DNA of 64,000 nucleotides from Pseudomonadota bacterium (GTDB taxonomy: Bacteria; Pseudomonadota; Gammaproteobacteria; Pseudomonadales; Halieaceae), in contig JBCDFM010000003.1 of NCBI GenBank assembly GCA_039178015.1, forward strand, positions 475 through 64,474, read 5' to 3'. The position numbers and the translations under genes were made by a program. The notes below the pieces were generated by a model. It had not been told where the DNA came from. It searched no databases and saw nothing but the letters and a program-made list of their open reading frames with translations. The stretch's first letter is position 1; each line of letters begins with the position of its first letter. This document shows, one piece after another, positions 27,954 through 37,797 of the stretch.

Positions 27954-29010
27954 GGCGCTGACGGTTTTTGCGGGCAAAGAGGCCGCTAAGAGAATCCAAG
28001 AACTGGGATGGTCCGCCGAGCTGTTCAGTCTTGTGGTGGGTGCATCCGGTGGTCCCAAATGGTTTGTGCTCGCCCATCTTGATCGACTGCTGTTTGGCGA
28101 TTTTCTGCAGCGAACAGACAGATCTTTAACAGCGGTCGGATCTTCAATAGGAGCGTGGCGCAATGCCTGTCTGGCGATGCCGGATCCCATCGCGGCAATC
28201 GATGCATTGCAATCTGGCTATCTGTACCAGCGATTCAGTAGAAAACCCTCAACGATCGAGGTTAGCGAATCCAGTCACCAAATTTTGCGTGGCATACTAG
28301 GCGAGAACGGCGCTCACGCTATAGCCAGCAATCAGCGCATTAATACTCATATCATCACCGCGCGAGGTCGAGGTCCCGCGGCCTCCTCCCACAAACCGCT
28401 GTTGGCTACCGGCATGGGAGCCGCAGCGCTCGGTAATATGCTCAGTAGAAGTTTATTGAAACATCTTTTTCAGAGGGTGGTATTTCAATCCTCTAGTGAA
28501 CCTAATTCACAACTGTCCTTTGATGATTTCAGCACCCACTTTAGTAGCCTAGAGGTAAGCAATGTCGGTGCGGTGCTACACGCCAGCGGTGCCATACCCT
28601 TCGTGTTGACGGGAGAACGTAATATCGCAGGTGCACCCGTGGGGCAGTATTGGGACGGTGGCATCATCGACTATCATTTCGATCTGAGCCAGTATCGGGG
28701 GCAAGGGTTGATTCTCTACCCGCACTTCAGCACCAGCGTAATACCGGGATGGTTTGACAAGGCTTTACCCTGGCGCAGAGCACAGCTTACGCAGATCGAA
28801 AAATTGGTGTTGCTTTGTCCAAGCGATGAATTCGTCACGCAACTACCGCACGGTAAAATCCCAGATCGAGGCGATTTCGGCCGGATGCGCTATGAAGAAA
28901 GAGTGCGCTACTGGGAGACATGTGTGGCCAAAAGTGAGGCTCTGGCAGCAGATCTGGCGGACTTGCTTGAGGGCAAGGATCCGCTAGCCGGCGTCACAGT
29001 ATTGAACTGA
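27943..29010 (+). CDS. Patatin-like phospholipase family protein
   Basis: Oxyanion-hole GASGGPKW, nucleophile elbow GSSIGAW (GxSxG) and catalytic YWDGGIIDY (DGG). The start is placed at ATG 27943 (MKRRALTVFAG), overlapping the AraC stop by 11 nt. Confidence 0.75.
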   Translation: MKRRALTVFAGKEAAKRIQELGWSAELFSLVVGASGGPKWFVLAHLDRLLFGDFLQRTDRSLTAVGSSIGAWRNACLAMPDPIAAIDALQSGYLYQRFSRKPSTIEVSESSHQILRGILGENGAHAIASNQRINTHIITARGRGPAASSHKPLLATGMGAAALGNMLSRSLLKHLFQRVVFQSSSEPNSQLSFDDFSTHFSSLEVSNVGAVLHASGAIPFVLTGERNIAGAPVGQYWDGGIIDYHFDLSQYRGQGLILYPHFSTSVIPGWFDKALPWRRAQLTQIEKLVLLCPSDEFVTQLPHGKIPDRGDFGRMRYEERVRYWETCVAKSEALAADLADLLEGKDPLAGVTVLN

Positions 29011-29037
29011 TAAATCGAGCAACCGCTCGGTCGAAGA

Positions 29038-29313
29038 TCAACTCACATAACTATCGAGATAACGCTGAACTTCTTTGCGCAGCACTGGTTCGAATACGGA
29101 GGCAACCAGGCCCAGCTTCACATTCACATCTACAACGCCGTCGGCGAAGGACATCAGTCCGTCCACACCCGCGCCCTTAATACGCACGGTATCGCCTTCC
29201 CAGCGACTGCGCACACCATGTGTTCGCTCCAAATCGGTGGCGAGACCTTCAGCCGCTTCCCTGACTTCCTCTTTCGGCATGGTGTAGGGTTTGCTTATTC
29301 GAAATCCTGCCAT
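29038..29313 (-). CDS. Polyhydroxyalkanoic acid system protein (PHA_gran_rgn family)
   Basis: The ~91-aa MAGFRISKPYTMPKEEVREAAEGLATDLE...WEGDTV...GVDG...VKLGL pattern matches this small family. The internal ATG 29313 (AGGTG upstream) is preferred to 29340. Confidence 0.7.
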   Translation of the reverse strand: MAGFRISKPYTMPKEEVREAAEGLATDLERTHGVRSRWEGDTVRIKGAGVDGLMSFADGVVDVNVKLGLVASVFEPVLRKEVQRYLDSYVS

Positions 29314-29404
29314 TGCGTTCACCTGTTTGTTATTTTCCAACAGTATAGAACACCGGCCGCTTGTTGCTGATCGTTGGCGATACCACTGTTTGGCATTTGA
29401 CTTC

Positions 29405-29426
29405 CCCGTGCAGGCACCTGCACGGG
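29405..29426. promoter_or_regulatory. 22-bp near-perfect palindrome in the divergent hslO / PHA-system-protein intergenic region
   Basis: CCCGTGCAG-gcac-CTGCACGGG (9-bp arms). A third direct half-site CCCCGTGC lies at 29433-29440. Confidence 0.3.
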
Positions 29427-29660
29427 ATCAGACCCCGTGCTTTGGTATATGTGCGGGAGCGATCCGCGCGGCCACCATCTTCAGGCAAGGGTGTGAGGTT
29501 CAGGCATCGACCTTGGAACTCTGACACTCCATCAAAACAGCGCCGTGTTCTCCACCGACACCACTCTCGCGGCAAGCGTTTCTGTGTCAGCACGGAATAT
29601 GCCGCCATCGCGGCTGCAGTTATACCGTCAGTCGCGGACTAATTCGCTTACAATAGCGCC

Positions 29661-30554
29661 ATGAGCGAGAAATTTGACGATAAACAGTGCGATGGTGCGC
29701 ATCGCTTCCTGTTCGAGCAGGCAGACGTGCGCGGGGAAAGGGTTCGCTTAGAAGCCGCTTTCGGTGACATTCTCTCCATCCACGAGTACGCACCCGGTGT
29801 GAGGCGCTTGCTGGGCGAACTGCTGGCCGCCGCAGTGTTGCTGCGAAGCACCCTGAAGTTTGATGGCAAGCTGATATTACAAGCACGATCTCGTGGTCAG
29901 ATTCCGCTGCTGATGGCCGAATGCACCAGCGATGGCGAGGTCAGAGGCATTGCCCGCGGGGCGGATCAGGCGACTGCAACGGTATTCGAACAATTGCTCG
30001 GCGATGGTAGCCTGACCATTACCGTGGATCCAATTCAGGGCCAGCGATATCAGGGCATCGTGCCCCTACAGGGAGATTCTCTAGCGCATTGTATCGATGC
30101 CTATTTCCAGCAGTCCGAGCAGTTGGGAACGCGCCTCTGGTTGGTGGCTAACGATCAGCTCGCAAGTGGCCTGCTGCTCCAGCAGCTACCGCCGGACATC
30201 ATCGCGGATTGCGAACGCAGAGAGCAATTCTGGGAACATGCATGCACACTCGCTGAAACGATCACCCCGAAGGAGCTATTAAGCCTGAGCACACGAGACT
30301 TGTTATACAGACTCTATCACCAGGACGCCGTCAGGCTGTTTGAACCCAGCGCTATTCGCTTTCACTGCAGTTGCTCTCGAGAACGCACCTTGCGAGCGCT
30401 TGCCGCCATCGAGCCCGCTGAGCTGGAATCCATTCTTGCAGAACAGGGCGCCATTACGATGGATTGCGAGTTTTGTAACCAGCAATACACTCATCGCCGC
30501 GAAGATCTGCAAGCTTTACTGGGAAGCGGAGAAGCACTGCCGATCCTGCATTAA
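29661..30554 (+). CDS. hslO: Redox-regulated chaperone Hsp33
   Basis: 297 aa with the C-terminal zinc centre CSCSRER...CEFCNQQY. Confidence 0.95.
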   Translation: MSEKFDDKQCDGAHRFLFEQADVRGERVRLEAAFGDILSIHEYAPGVRRLLGELLAAAVLLRSTLKFDGKLILQARSRGQIPLLMAECTSDGEVRGIARGADQATATVFEQLLGDGSLTITVDPIQGQRYQGIVPLQGDSLAHCIDAYFQQSEQLGTRLWLVANDQLASGLLLQQLPPDIIADCERREQFWEHACTLAETITPKELLSLSTRDLLYRLYHQDAVRLFEPSAIRFHCSCSRERTLRALAAIEPAELESILAEQGAITMDCEFCNQQYTHRREDLQALLGSGEALPILH

Positions 30555-30605
30555 TCGTGAGAACCCAGCCCCGGTGAATCAAGAATCAAATCCGGTGCGG
30601 CGACA

Positions 30606-33600
30606 TTAAATCTCTTCAGCGGTGTCTACTGCAGTCCGCTTGCGAGTTAGCCAAAACGCGGAAAACTGTTCCCCAAACAGGTAGAGACAGGGCACCAGCA
30701 ACAGTGTAATCCCCGTCGCGAACAATACCCCAAAAGCAAGCGAGGTGACCATGGGAATCAGAAACTGGGCCTGTACGCTGGTTTCAGACATGATCGGAAG
30801 CAGCCCAACAAAGGTGGTCAGTGAAGTGAGAATGATAGGTCGAAAGCGGTCTTCACCCGCCTGCAATAGCGACCCCATCAGCGAGTGACCCGCAGCGCGT
30901 AGCTGATTGATTCGATCGATCAGGACCAGGTTGTCGTTCACCACCACGCCCGCGCAGGCGAGCACTCCCATCAGCGAGAACATACTCACTTCCAGGCCCA
31001 TGATCATGTGACCAAAAATTGCGCCCATAAACCCAAATGGCACTGCCGTCAGCACCAGTAAAGGCTGGAAATAGGACCGAAACGGGACAGCCATTAAGGC
31101 GTAGATGATGAGCATTGCCATTCCCATACTGCGCAGCATGGCTTTCAAAAACTCCTCCTCTTCCTCAAGTTCACCATCAAGCTTGATATTCAGGTCGGGG
31201 TAGCGCATTTGCCAGTCGGTTAGGCGCTTACTAAAAAGATCTTCAACAATGCTTCGAGGTTCAGCGTCGGTCCCCGACAGTTCAGCGGTTACAGACATAA
31301 CTCGCCTGCGGTCCAATCGGTCGATAGTGAGATAACCCTCGGCAAAGCTCAATTCAGCAACAGTATCAAAAGGCACTTCCGCGCCCGCAGGTGTGCGCAC
31401 TCGCATCTCATTTAAATTATCGATTGAAATTCTTTCTTCTTCTGGGTAGCGCACCATTACCCTGACATCTTCTCGCGCTCTTGGGATACGCTGGGCTTCT
31501 GCGCCGTAAAATGCCTGTCGCACCTGCAGGGCCAAATCAGCCAGCGTCACGGATAGGTTTTCGGCCGCTGGTTTGACGTCCAAAACAATTTCCTCGTTTG
31601 GCATATCGAAACTGTCGTTGATATTAAAGACACCAGGGTAACTTGACAGTGCAGCGCTTAACTCATCGGCCACGGCTCGCAAGGTTGCGACGGAACTCGC
31701 CGTAAGCAGAAGTGAAATGGGTTTGCCGCGTTCGTTGATCGTGTAATCGAGGTCAAATTGCTCCACATCGCCTAAATCGCCCACCATTTCGCGCCAACGC
31801 TCGCCCAGCAACCCCACATCTACCGTGTCGGATAGCGTTTCGACTATAACCCTGGCCTCGTTGCCACGAGCCCTGGCATCAATATGGCCAATGAGTGGGC
31901 CGGCTGTGTCATCTACCGAATCGTTATACTCACGTTTGAGTGCCACAGCCGCACTCTCGATCTGATCAAGTACGCGAAGGGTCTCCTCGTAAGAGCCACC
32001 CTCGCGCAGACTCACTTCTATTTCAACGTAGTCATCGGCGATCACAGGTAAAAAGGCTGTTCTGACCCAACCACCTTCGAAGATAGATACGCTTAACAGC
32101 AAAGCGACAAAGAATACTGCGATCACCAGGAAATTCGCTTTCAGACAGCGCTCCAGAAAGCGTCGGTAGCGATGATGCGCGAAATGCGTCATGCCATTGG
32201 CAAAACGCATTCGTTTGCGCTCTAGCGATTCCACCCAGGTGTAGCGACTGGGGGTAACAGGCCGCATGTGTGCTAGGTGTGACGGCAGAATCCACAGACA
32301 CTCCACCAGCGAAAACGTTAATGCCAGAATGACAACAACGGGTATGGAAAACGCAGCGCGTGCCATATCGCCGGGCAAGAAAAACATGGCACTGAAAAAG
32401 ATCATGGTGCTGATGACCGCGAACATGACCGGCTTGAGCACAAGACGAGCGCCATCAATAGCACCTTTCGCACCCGCTTCACCCAGCGACTGCTTGGAAT
32501 GAATGGCCTCTCCCACAATAATCGCATCGTCGACAATAATGCCCAGCACCAGCAGGAAGGCAAAAAGTGAAATCATATTCAGGCTGAAGCCCGTGAACTG
32601 CAGTGCAAAGAATGTCCCCATAAATGCAACTGCGATACCCACACAAACCCACATCGCCAACAGCGGTCGCAAAAATAGAACTAGCACCAGAAACACGAGT
32701 AGCAAACCACCTAGGCCATTTTTCACTAGCGTTTCCACCCGCCCCTTAAACGGTACCGACGTGTCTTGCCAGAGCACGACTTCTACTCCGGGGGGCAGTC
32801 TCGGTTTGATGTTCTCAACCCACTCGGTCACTACGGCGCTGGTAGCCAGCGTGTCTGGGTTTGAGGTGACATAGACGTTGAGGTCATGCGAGGGGCGGTC
32901 ATCAAAGCGCGTGCGAATATCCATATCCTCGAAGCCGTCGACGATAGTTGCGACCTCTCCCAAGGTGACCTGCGTGCCGTCTGCAGCACTGAGCAGCGGT
33001 ATCTGTTCAAAATCCAGGCCTTCATAGGCTTGGCCTCGAGTTTGTACCTGTATGTCGCCTTCTGCCGTTTTAATGTTGCCAGCAGGCAGGTTTAACGAAG
33101 AACTACGGATTGCTGCCACCACCTCATCGAAGGTCAAGCCGTAACGACGTAGATCAAATTCGGACACCTCAACTGACAGTTCATAGGGGCGCGGAACTTC
33201 GAGCTCAACAACGGAAACATGCGGTTGCGCTGACAAATCATCGCGCAGCGTCTCACCCAGTTCCTTCAATTCGCGTTCACCGATGTCGCCGAAGATCGTC
33301 ACGACGGCCATGAGGTGTCGGAACGCGACTTCAGAGACAATGGGGCGCTCAACGTCACCGGGAAAGGTATTGATCGCGTCGACACGGTTCTTGACCTCAG
33401 CGGTCAGCCGCTGCGTATCGTAGCCGGGCTCGGCCTCGATCAATACCGTGCCCACCCCCTGCTGTGCAGTCGACCGAATTTCCTTGATGCCAGCCAGATC
33501 GTGTACCGCTTCCTCCACCCGTACGCAAATCTGCTCTTCTACCTCGCTGGGCCCGGCCCCAGGGTAAGGTACTGAAACACTGACCAAGTTGATTTCAAAT

Positions 33601-33722
33601 TCGGGGAAAAACTGTTTGTTCAGAGCAGGGATGGCAAGCCAACCACCCACAACCAGCAGCATCATTAACAGGTTTGCCGCTATCGGATTATGAACAAACC
33701 AGTGTATGGGACCGCCCGTCAC
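30606..33722 (-). CDS. RND efflux transporter permease (AcrB/AcrD/AcrF family)
   Basis: 1038 aa with the 12-TM plus two large periplasmic loops architecture and typical RND N-terminus (FVHNPIAANLLMMLLVVGG). Confidence 0.93.
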   Translation of the reverse strand: MTGGPIHWFVHNPIAANLLMMLLVVGGWLAIPALNKQFFPEFEINLVSVSVPYPGAGPSEVEEQICVRVEEAVHDLAGIKEIRSTAQQGVGTVLIEAEPGYDTQRLTAEVKNRVDAINTFPGDVERPIVSEVAFRHLMAVVTIFGDIGERELKELGETLRDDLSAQPHVSVVELEVPRPYELSVEVSEFDLRRYGLTFDEVVAAIRSSSLNLPAGNIKTAEGDIQVQTRGQAYEGLDFEQIPLLSAADGTQVTLGEVATIVDGFEDMDIRTRFDDRPSHDLNVYVTSNPDTLATSAVVTEWVENIKPRLPPGVEVVLWQDTSVPFKGRVETLVKNGLGGLLLVFLVLVLFLRPLLAMWVCVGIAVAFMGTFFALQFTGFSLNMISLFAFLLVLGIIVDDAIIVGEAIHSKQSLGEAGAKGAIDGARLVLKPVMFAVISTMIFFSAMFFLPGDMARAAFSIPVVVILALTFSLVECLWILPSHLAHMRPVTPSRYTWVESLERKRMRFANGMTHFAHHRYRRFLERCLKANFLVIAVFFVALLLSVSIFEGGWVRTAFLPVIADDYVEIEVSLREGGSYEETLRVLDQIESAAVALKREYNDSVDDTAGPLIGHIDARARGNEARVIVETLSDTVDVGLLGERWREMVGDLGDVEQFDLDYTINERGKPISLLLTASSVATLRAVADELSAALSSYPGVFNINDSFDMPNEEIVLDVKPAAENLSVTLADLALQVRQAFYGAEAQRIPRAREDVRVMVRYPEEERISIDNLNEMRVRTPAGAEVPFDTVAELSFAEGYLTIDRLDRRRVMSVTAELSGTDAEPRSIVEDLFSKRLTDWQMRYPDLNIKLDGELEEEEEFLKAMLRSMGMAMLIIYALMAVPFRSYFQPLLVLTAVPFGFMGAIFGHMIMGLEVSMFSLMGVLACAGVVVNDNLVLIDRINQLRAAGHSLMGSLLQAGEDRFRPIILTSLTTFVGLLPIMSETSVQAQFLIPMVTSLAFGVLFATGITLLLVPCLYLFGEQFSAFWLTRKRTAVDTAEEI

Positions 33723-33774
33723 TGGCTACCGCCTATGGCAATAAGTGAGCACCTTTTTCCCGCGACGAGAGGCG

Positions 33775-34977
33775 TCACGGCTGTGTCGTTCCCGCAAACT
33801 CACCCAGATCGTTAACATGAACTAACGTGCCAACTAAAGTGGGCTGAGGCTCCCGCACAATGACACGTTCTCCCGCTTGCAGGCCTTGAACCCATATCTC
33901 GTGCGTGGTGCTGCTCAATAAATTCACGGCACGCGACTGCGCAAGCTGCTCTGAGTCCACAACCATGACGCTGCCATCCGTACGTAACGCGGAACGTGGC
34001 AGGCGCGTAATATTGGGGAATTCCTTACCATTGATCGTTGCATTCACAAACAGGCCCGGTGCAAGTGGCGGTCTGTTACTCCCCGCTTCTCGCGAGAAAG
34101 GATCGGCCACTTCTACAACGGCATAAACAACCCTGCTATTGACGTCGATATTCGCATCGGTGCGCACCAACTGACCGCGCCACTGCCACAGCTTGCCTGC
34201 AAAGCGCGTATGCAATACAACAGCGGCCGCTCCGGAACGCGCATCTGGTTCATCTGCGTAGTGCAGCGGCAAATCCAGTAGCGCAATCTGGCGATCGGTT
34301 AAGGGCAGTCGAATTTCGACCGCATCGGTAGAATAGAGGCCTGCTATTGGGGTACCGGGTGTCACAAACTGCCCCACATCCACCGACTTTTCCGTAATTC
34401 TACCGTTGAAAGGTGCCTTTAAAGAGGTGCGATTCAAATCCAAGCGCGCCGCTGCAAGATCAGCCTCAGCAGCGCTGAGTGCGGCCTTAGCAGCCGCAAG
34501 CTGGGGTTTGCGTAGGAATAGAGCGTTGCCCTGCTCGGTACCCAGATCGCGCCACTCCCGTTGCGCCTGCAGCGCCCGACCCTCTTCTTCGGCAAGCTGT
34601 TGTTGCGCGGCAGCAACCTGTGATTCGGCACGGGCAATCGCCAGCCGATAGTCCACACCCTCCAGCTTCACTAGCTCATCATCGGTGGCGAAAAACTCAC
34701 CGACCGCGAACCTGGGATCAACGGATTCAACGCGGCCGCCAACTTGCGCGATCAGACTAATTTGGCGTCGGGGACTCACGGTACCCTGTGTTTGTACGTC
34801 CAAACCCCGAGTTACGGGCGCCGCGACGACGATATCGACCACCGGCGGCGGCGCGTCAGCAAGCTCTCGAGGTGTGGGGCCCGGCTTTCCGATCAAAAGT
34901 GCATAAGCAGCACCAATACCTACCACCGCGACTAAAAGGGCCCAAATACGGCTGCGATTCGATTCCATCGCCATCAA
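33775..34977 (-). CDS. RND efflux periplasmic adaptor (MFP/HlyD family)
   Basis: 400 aa with a signal anchor, an Ala/Gln-rich coiled-coil hairpin and beta-barrel segments. It lies immediately upstream of the RND pump gene. Confidence 0.9.
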   Translation of the reverse strand: MMAMESNRSRIWALLVAVVGIGAAYALLIGKPGPTPRELADAPPPVVDIVVAAPVTRGLDVQTQGTVSPRRQISLIAQVGGRVESVDPRFAVGEFFATDDELVKLEGVDYRLAIARAESQVAAAQQQLAEEEGRALQAQREWRDLGTEQGNALFLRKPQLAAAKAALSAAEADLAAARLDLNRTSLKAPFNGRITEKSVDVGQFVTPGTPIAGLYSTDAVEIRLPLTDRQIALLDLPLHYADEPDARSGAAAVVLHTRFAGKLWQWRGQLVRTDANIDVNSRVVYAVVEVADPFSREAGSNRPPLAPGLFVNATINGKEFPNITRLPRSALRTDGSVMVVDSEQLAQSRAVNLLSSTTHEIWVQGLQAGERVIVREPQPTLVGTLVHVNDLGEFAGTTQP

Positions 34978-35203
34978 CTACATCCCAAAACGCTTATTCT
35001 ACTTCAGATCGACCAGTTTGATCTCATGATACGCAGCACGCGCCCCGCGCGACCACTGCCTGCAGATCCAGTTCCCTCAGACCTGCCGCCAGCCACCGGC
35101 AGTATTAGACCGTTTTCTAGTATGTTTATTCTAATTTATTTCCATAATCTACACGGCAACTGGAGGACATTCCCAGTAACCGTGACTTAAAAGGAGCGAA
35201 ATC

Positions 35204-35659
35204 ATGGCTGAACAAGCAAAAGTGAAAACTGCACCAAAGCGTAAGACAACTGCCAAGCGCAAAACTACGGCTACCAAGCGCAAGCCGGTAGCAAGCAAGG
35301 CGACTCCGACTAAGGCTACCCCTGAGTTTGCCAACAAAGCTCAGGAAGCGGGCCGCAAGGCTTTCCTGGCCGGCCTGGGTTTTTACGGTAAAGCCTTCGA
35401 CCAGGCGCAAGAGCAATTCAACAACATGCAGGATCAAATGGAAGAGCGTCGTAAGAAGGCAGACAAGCTCTACAACGAGTTGGTCAAGCGCGGCCAAAAA
35501 GTAGAGAAAGATGCCAAAGTAGCGCTCAAGGATATTGAACTGCCGAAGATCGAGCTTGAAGGCCTGACTGATCGCGCCAAGCTCGAAGCGCAGCTCGAAA
35601 AGGTCAAGGCACGCTTTGAAGAGCTGAAGGAAACTGTCGGCTTTAAAACAGCCGCCTAA
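35204..35659 (+). CDS. Phasin-family PHA granule-associated protein with basic N-terminal tail (PhaI-like)
   Basis: 151 aa. The phasin core is AGRKAFLAGLGFYGKAFDQAQEQF...LYNELVKRG. The N-terminus is KTAPKRKTTAKRKTTATKRKPVASKATPTKATP. AAGGAG RBS. Confidence 0.8.
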   Translation: MAEQAKVKTAPKRKTTAKRKTTATKRKPVASKATPTKATPEFANKAQEAGRKAFLAGLGFYGKAFDQAQEQFNNMQDQMEERRKKADKLYNELVKRGQKVEKDAKVALKDIELPKIELEGLTDRAKLEAQLEKVKARFEELKETVGFKTAA

Positions 35660-35704
35660 CAGGATCCCATCCAGGACCACTTTCCTCACCTATGAGGAAC
35701 TACC

Positions 35705-35731
35705 GGGGCCACATTGTGGCCCCTTTTTTTT
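35705..35731 (+). terminator. Strong rho-independent terminator between the two phasin genes
   Basis: GGGGCCAC-att-GTGGCCCC followed by T8. Confidence 0.85.
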
Positions 35732-35790
35732 ACCCGCTATTCTGGTTTAATGACCGACCCGCCACAAGAACATCCAGAGAGGCCATCCCT

Positions 35791-36288
35791 ATGGGCGACG
35801 AGAAAGATAAAGTGTCTGATAAGGCAAGCGAAATCGCAAAAAATATCTGGCTCGCAGGTGTTGGAGCATATGGCAAAGCGGTAGACGAGGCACAGGGAAG
35901 ACTGGAGAGAGCCATGGAACCACCTAAGCTGTTCCGCGACCTGGTGAAGGCCGGAAGCGCATTGGAAGAAGATGCACGCAATGCCCTGGAGGCCGGAAAT
36001 GCGGCTAAAAGCTCCGTAGAACAGCGCATCAATCGCGTCAGAGAGAATTTTCATATGCAGCGCCCGGCCAGAATCGAGGATATCGCCGCGCTGCAAAAAA
36101 AGGTGGATGTCCTTAGCCGTAAAGTGGATAAACTCGCTCGTGCGCTAGCAGATCAAACCCGGCCAAACAAAAAAGCACCTGTAAAGAAAGCCGCCTCTAA
36201 GAAAGCGGCCGCAAAAAAGGCTACTGCAAGGAAAGCACCCGTGAAAAAAGCCGCGCGCAAAAAAACTCCAAAAAAGAAAAAAAGCTGA
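35791..36288 (+). CDS. Phasin-family protein with C-terminal histone-H1-like AKKA tail (PhaF-like)
   Basis: The core is NIWLAGVGAYGKAVDEAQ...LFRDLVKAG. The tail is KKAPVKKAASKKAAAKKATARKAPVKKAARKKTPKKKKS. The start is moved to ATG 35791, because the track ORF start at 35692 runs through the terminator. Confidence 0.8.
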   Translation: MGDEKDKVSDKASEIAKNIWLAGVGAYGKAVDEAQGRLERAMEPPKLFRDLVKAGSALEEDARNALEAGNAAKSSVEQRINRVRENFHMQRPARIEDIAALQKKVDVLSRKVDKLARALADQTRPNKKAPVKKAASKKAAAKKATARKAPVKKAARKKTPKKKKS

Positions 36289-36325
36289 CGTTTATACTGG
36301 CACCAAAGGCTCGGCTATCTGATCA

Positions 36326-36982
36326 ATGAAAACGCGAGACCGAATCCTCGAGGTTAGTCTGCATCTGTTCAATATCGAGGGGGAGGCCCACACTACCACC
36401 ATCGATATTGCCAACGAAATGGGCATAAGCCCCGGTAATCTATACTACCATTTTAAAGGAAAGGACCAGATTATCGATGAGCTCTTCCAGCAGTATGAGC
36501 TCGCCCTGGGCAGCACGCTCTCCGCGCCCATAGAGCGGCCGCTTGATGCCGACAAAGGACAGGTGGAAAACAACTGGTTCTATCTGTATGTCGTTCTGGA
36601 AGAGATGTATCAATATCGCTTTTTGTATTGCAACCTTGACGATATCTTGCAGCGCTACCCCGATATCCAAAAGGGGTTCAAACGCCTGATACAGCTAAAG
36701 CGCGCCGCACTATTCGCCATTTGCCAAAACCTCCTGCAGCAGGCCATTATCGATGCCCGCGACCAGCAGCTGCTGGGACTGGTGGATAACATGACACTTA
36801 CTCTCACATTCTGGTTCAACTACGAACAGCTACTCCATGAGGGTAGACCACCGGAAGTCACTATCCATCAAGGTGTCTTGCAGCTACTAACGATGGTTGC
36901 GCCTTATCTGGGCGACGAGGAGCTCTCCTTCTACCGAGATTGCGAAGCGATTTACACCAGGCTGTTGAACGAATACGAATAA
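36326..36982 (+). CDS. TetR/AcrR-family transcriptional regulator (PhaD-like position)
   Basis: N-terminal HTH RDRILEVSLHLFNIEGEAHTTTIDIANEMGISPGNLYYHFKGKD. Confidence 0.85.
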   Translation: MKTRDRILEVSLHLFNIEGEAHTTTIDIANEMGISPGNLYYHFKGKDQIIDELFQQYELALGSTLSAPIERPLDADKGQVENNWFYLYVVLEEMYQYRFLYCNLDDILQRYPDIQKGFKRLIQLKRAALFAICQNLLQQAIIDARDQQLLGLVDNMTLTLTFWFNYEQLLHEGRPPEVTIHQGVLQLLTMVAPYLGDEELSFYRDCEAIYTRLLNEYE

Positions 36983-37157
36983 GGGTCTGCTTTCTCTGCA
37001 GATCCACCAGCAGTTGGCCGGTCACTAAAAGCTCGTTTATGCGCGCCAGTGCATTGCGCTATTCTCATCTGCTTAACGATGCAAGCTGATGGGCATCTGC
37101 TATGATTGCCGCTCCTTAATCTGGCAAACACCGTTTATAACACTCGCGGAGCGAACT

Positions 37158-37637
37158 ATGAGCATCAAAATTGGCGACAAGATTCCTAGCAGCACACTAC
37201 AGACCATGGGCGAGGAAGGCCCAAAGGATATCTCGACGGACGCTATTTTCTCAGGCAAGAAAGTCCTGCTTTTTGCGGTGCCAGGCGCGTTTACCCCGGG
37301 CTGCAGCCTAACGCACCTTCCTGGCTACGTGGTAAATGCAGACAAAATCAAAGCGAAAGGAGTGGATACAATCGCTTGCATGTCTGTGAACGATGCGTTC
37401 GTTATGGGTGCATGGGGTGAAGCTCAAAACGCCGAAGCAATACTTATGCTGGGCGATGGCAATGCCGATTTCACCAGTGCCCTCGGACTAGAGCTGGACG
37501 GCAGAGGCTTCGGTATGGGGACACGAAGTCAGCGTTTTGCAATGCTGGTAGAGGATGGCACAGTAACTCAGCTGAACGTCGAACCAGGCGCGGGCGTGGA
37601 TGTTAGCTCCGCCGAGACGATGATGGAGCTGCTGTAA
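37158..37637 (+). CDS. Peroxiredoxin, Prx5 subfamily
   Basis: 159 aa with PGAFTPGCS (peroxidatic Cys motif). The start is placed at ATG 37158 (MSIKIGDKIP). Confidence 0.9.
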   Translation: MSIKIGDKIPSSTLQTMGEEGPKDISTDAIFSGKKVLLFAVPGAFTPGCSLTHLPGYVVNADKIKAKGVDTIACMSVNDAFVMGAWGEAQNAEAILMLGDGNADFTSALGLELDGRGFGMGTRSQRFAMLVEDGTVTQLNVEPGAGVDVSSAETMMELL

Positions 37638-37797
37638 CAAGGCACAAAAATAGCGGATCCAGTAAGCTCACTGTTGCCCTAAGCCTGGCCGCCCGATCGT
37701 TTCGGACGCCATTGTCCCACCGCTATGAGCATACCCTGACCGTATATCGTAGGCGCTGCTTTCACTGCTGAGCCAGGGCCTACCACGGCTTTTTGGT

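Noticed and set aside
35126-35689. 187-aa minus-strand ORF, longer than the phasin it overlaps
   Set aside because: It is antisense to a gene with a clear phasin core and AAGGAG RBS. Its open frame is a by-product of the biased Lys/Ala/Glu codon composition on the sense strand.
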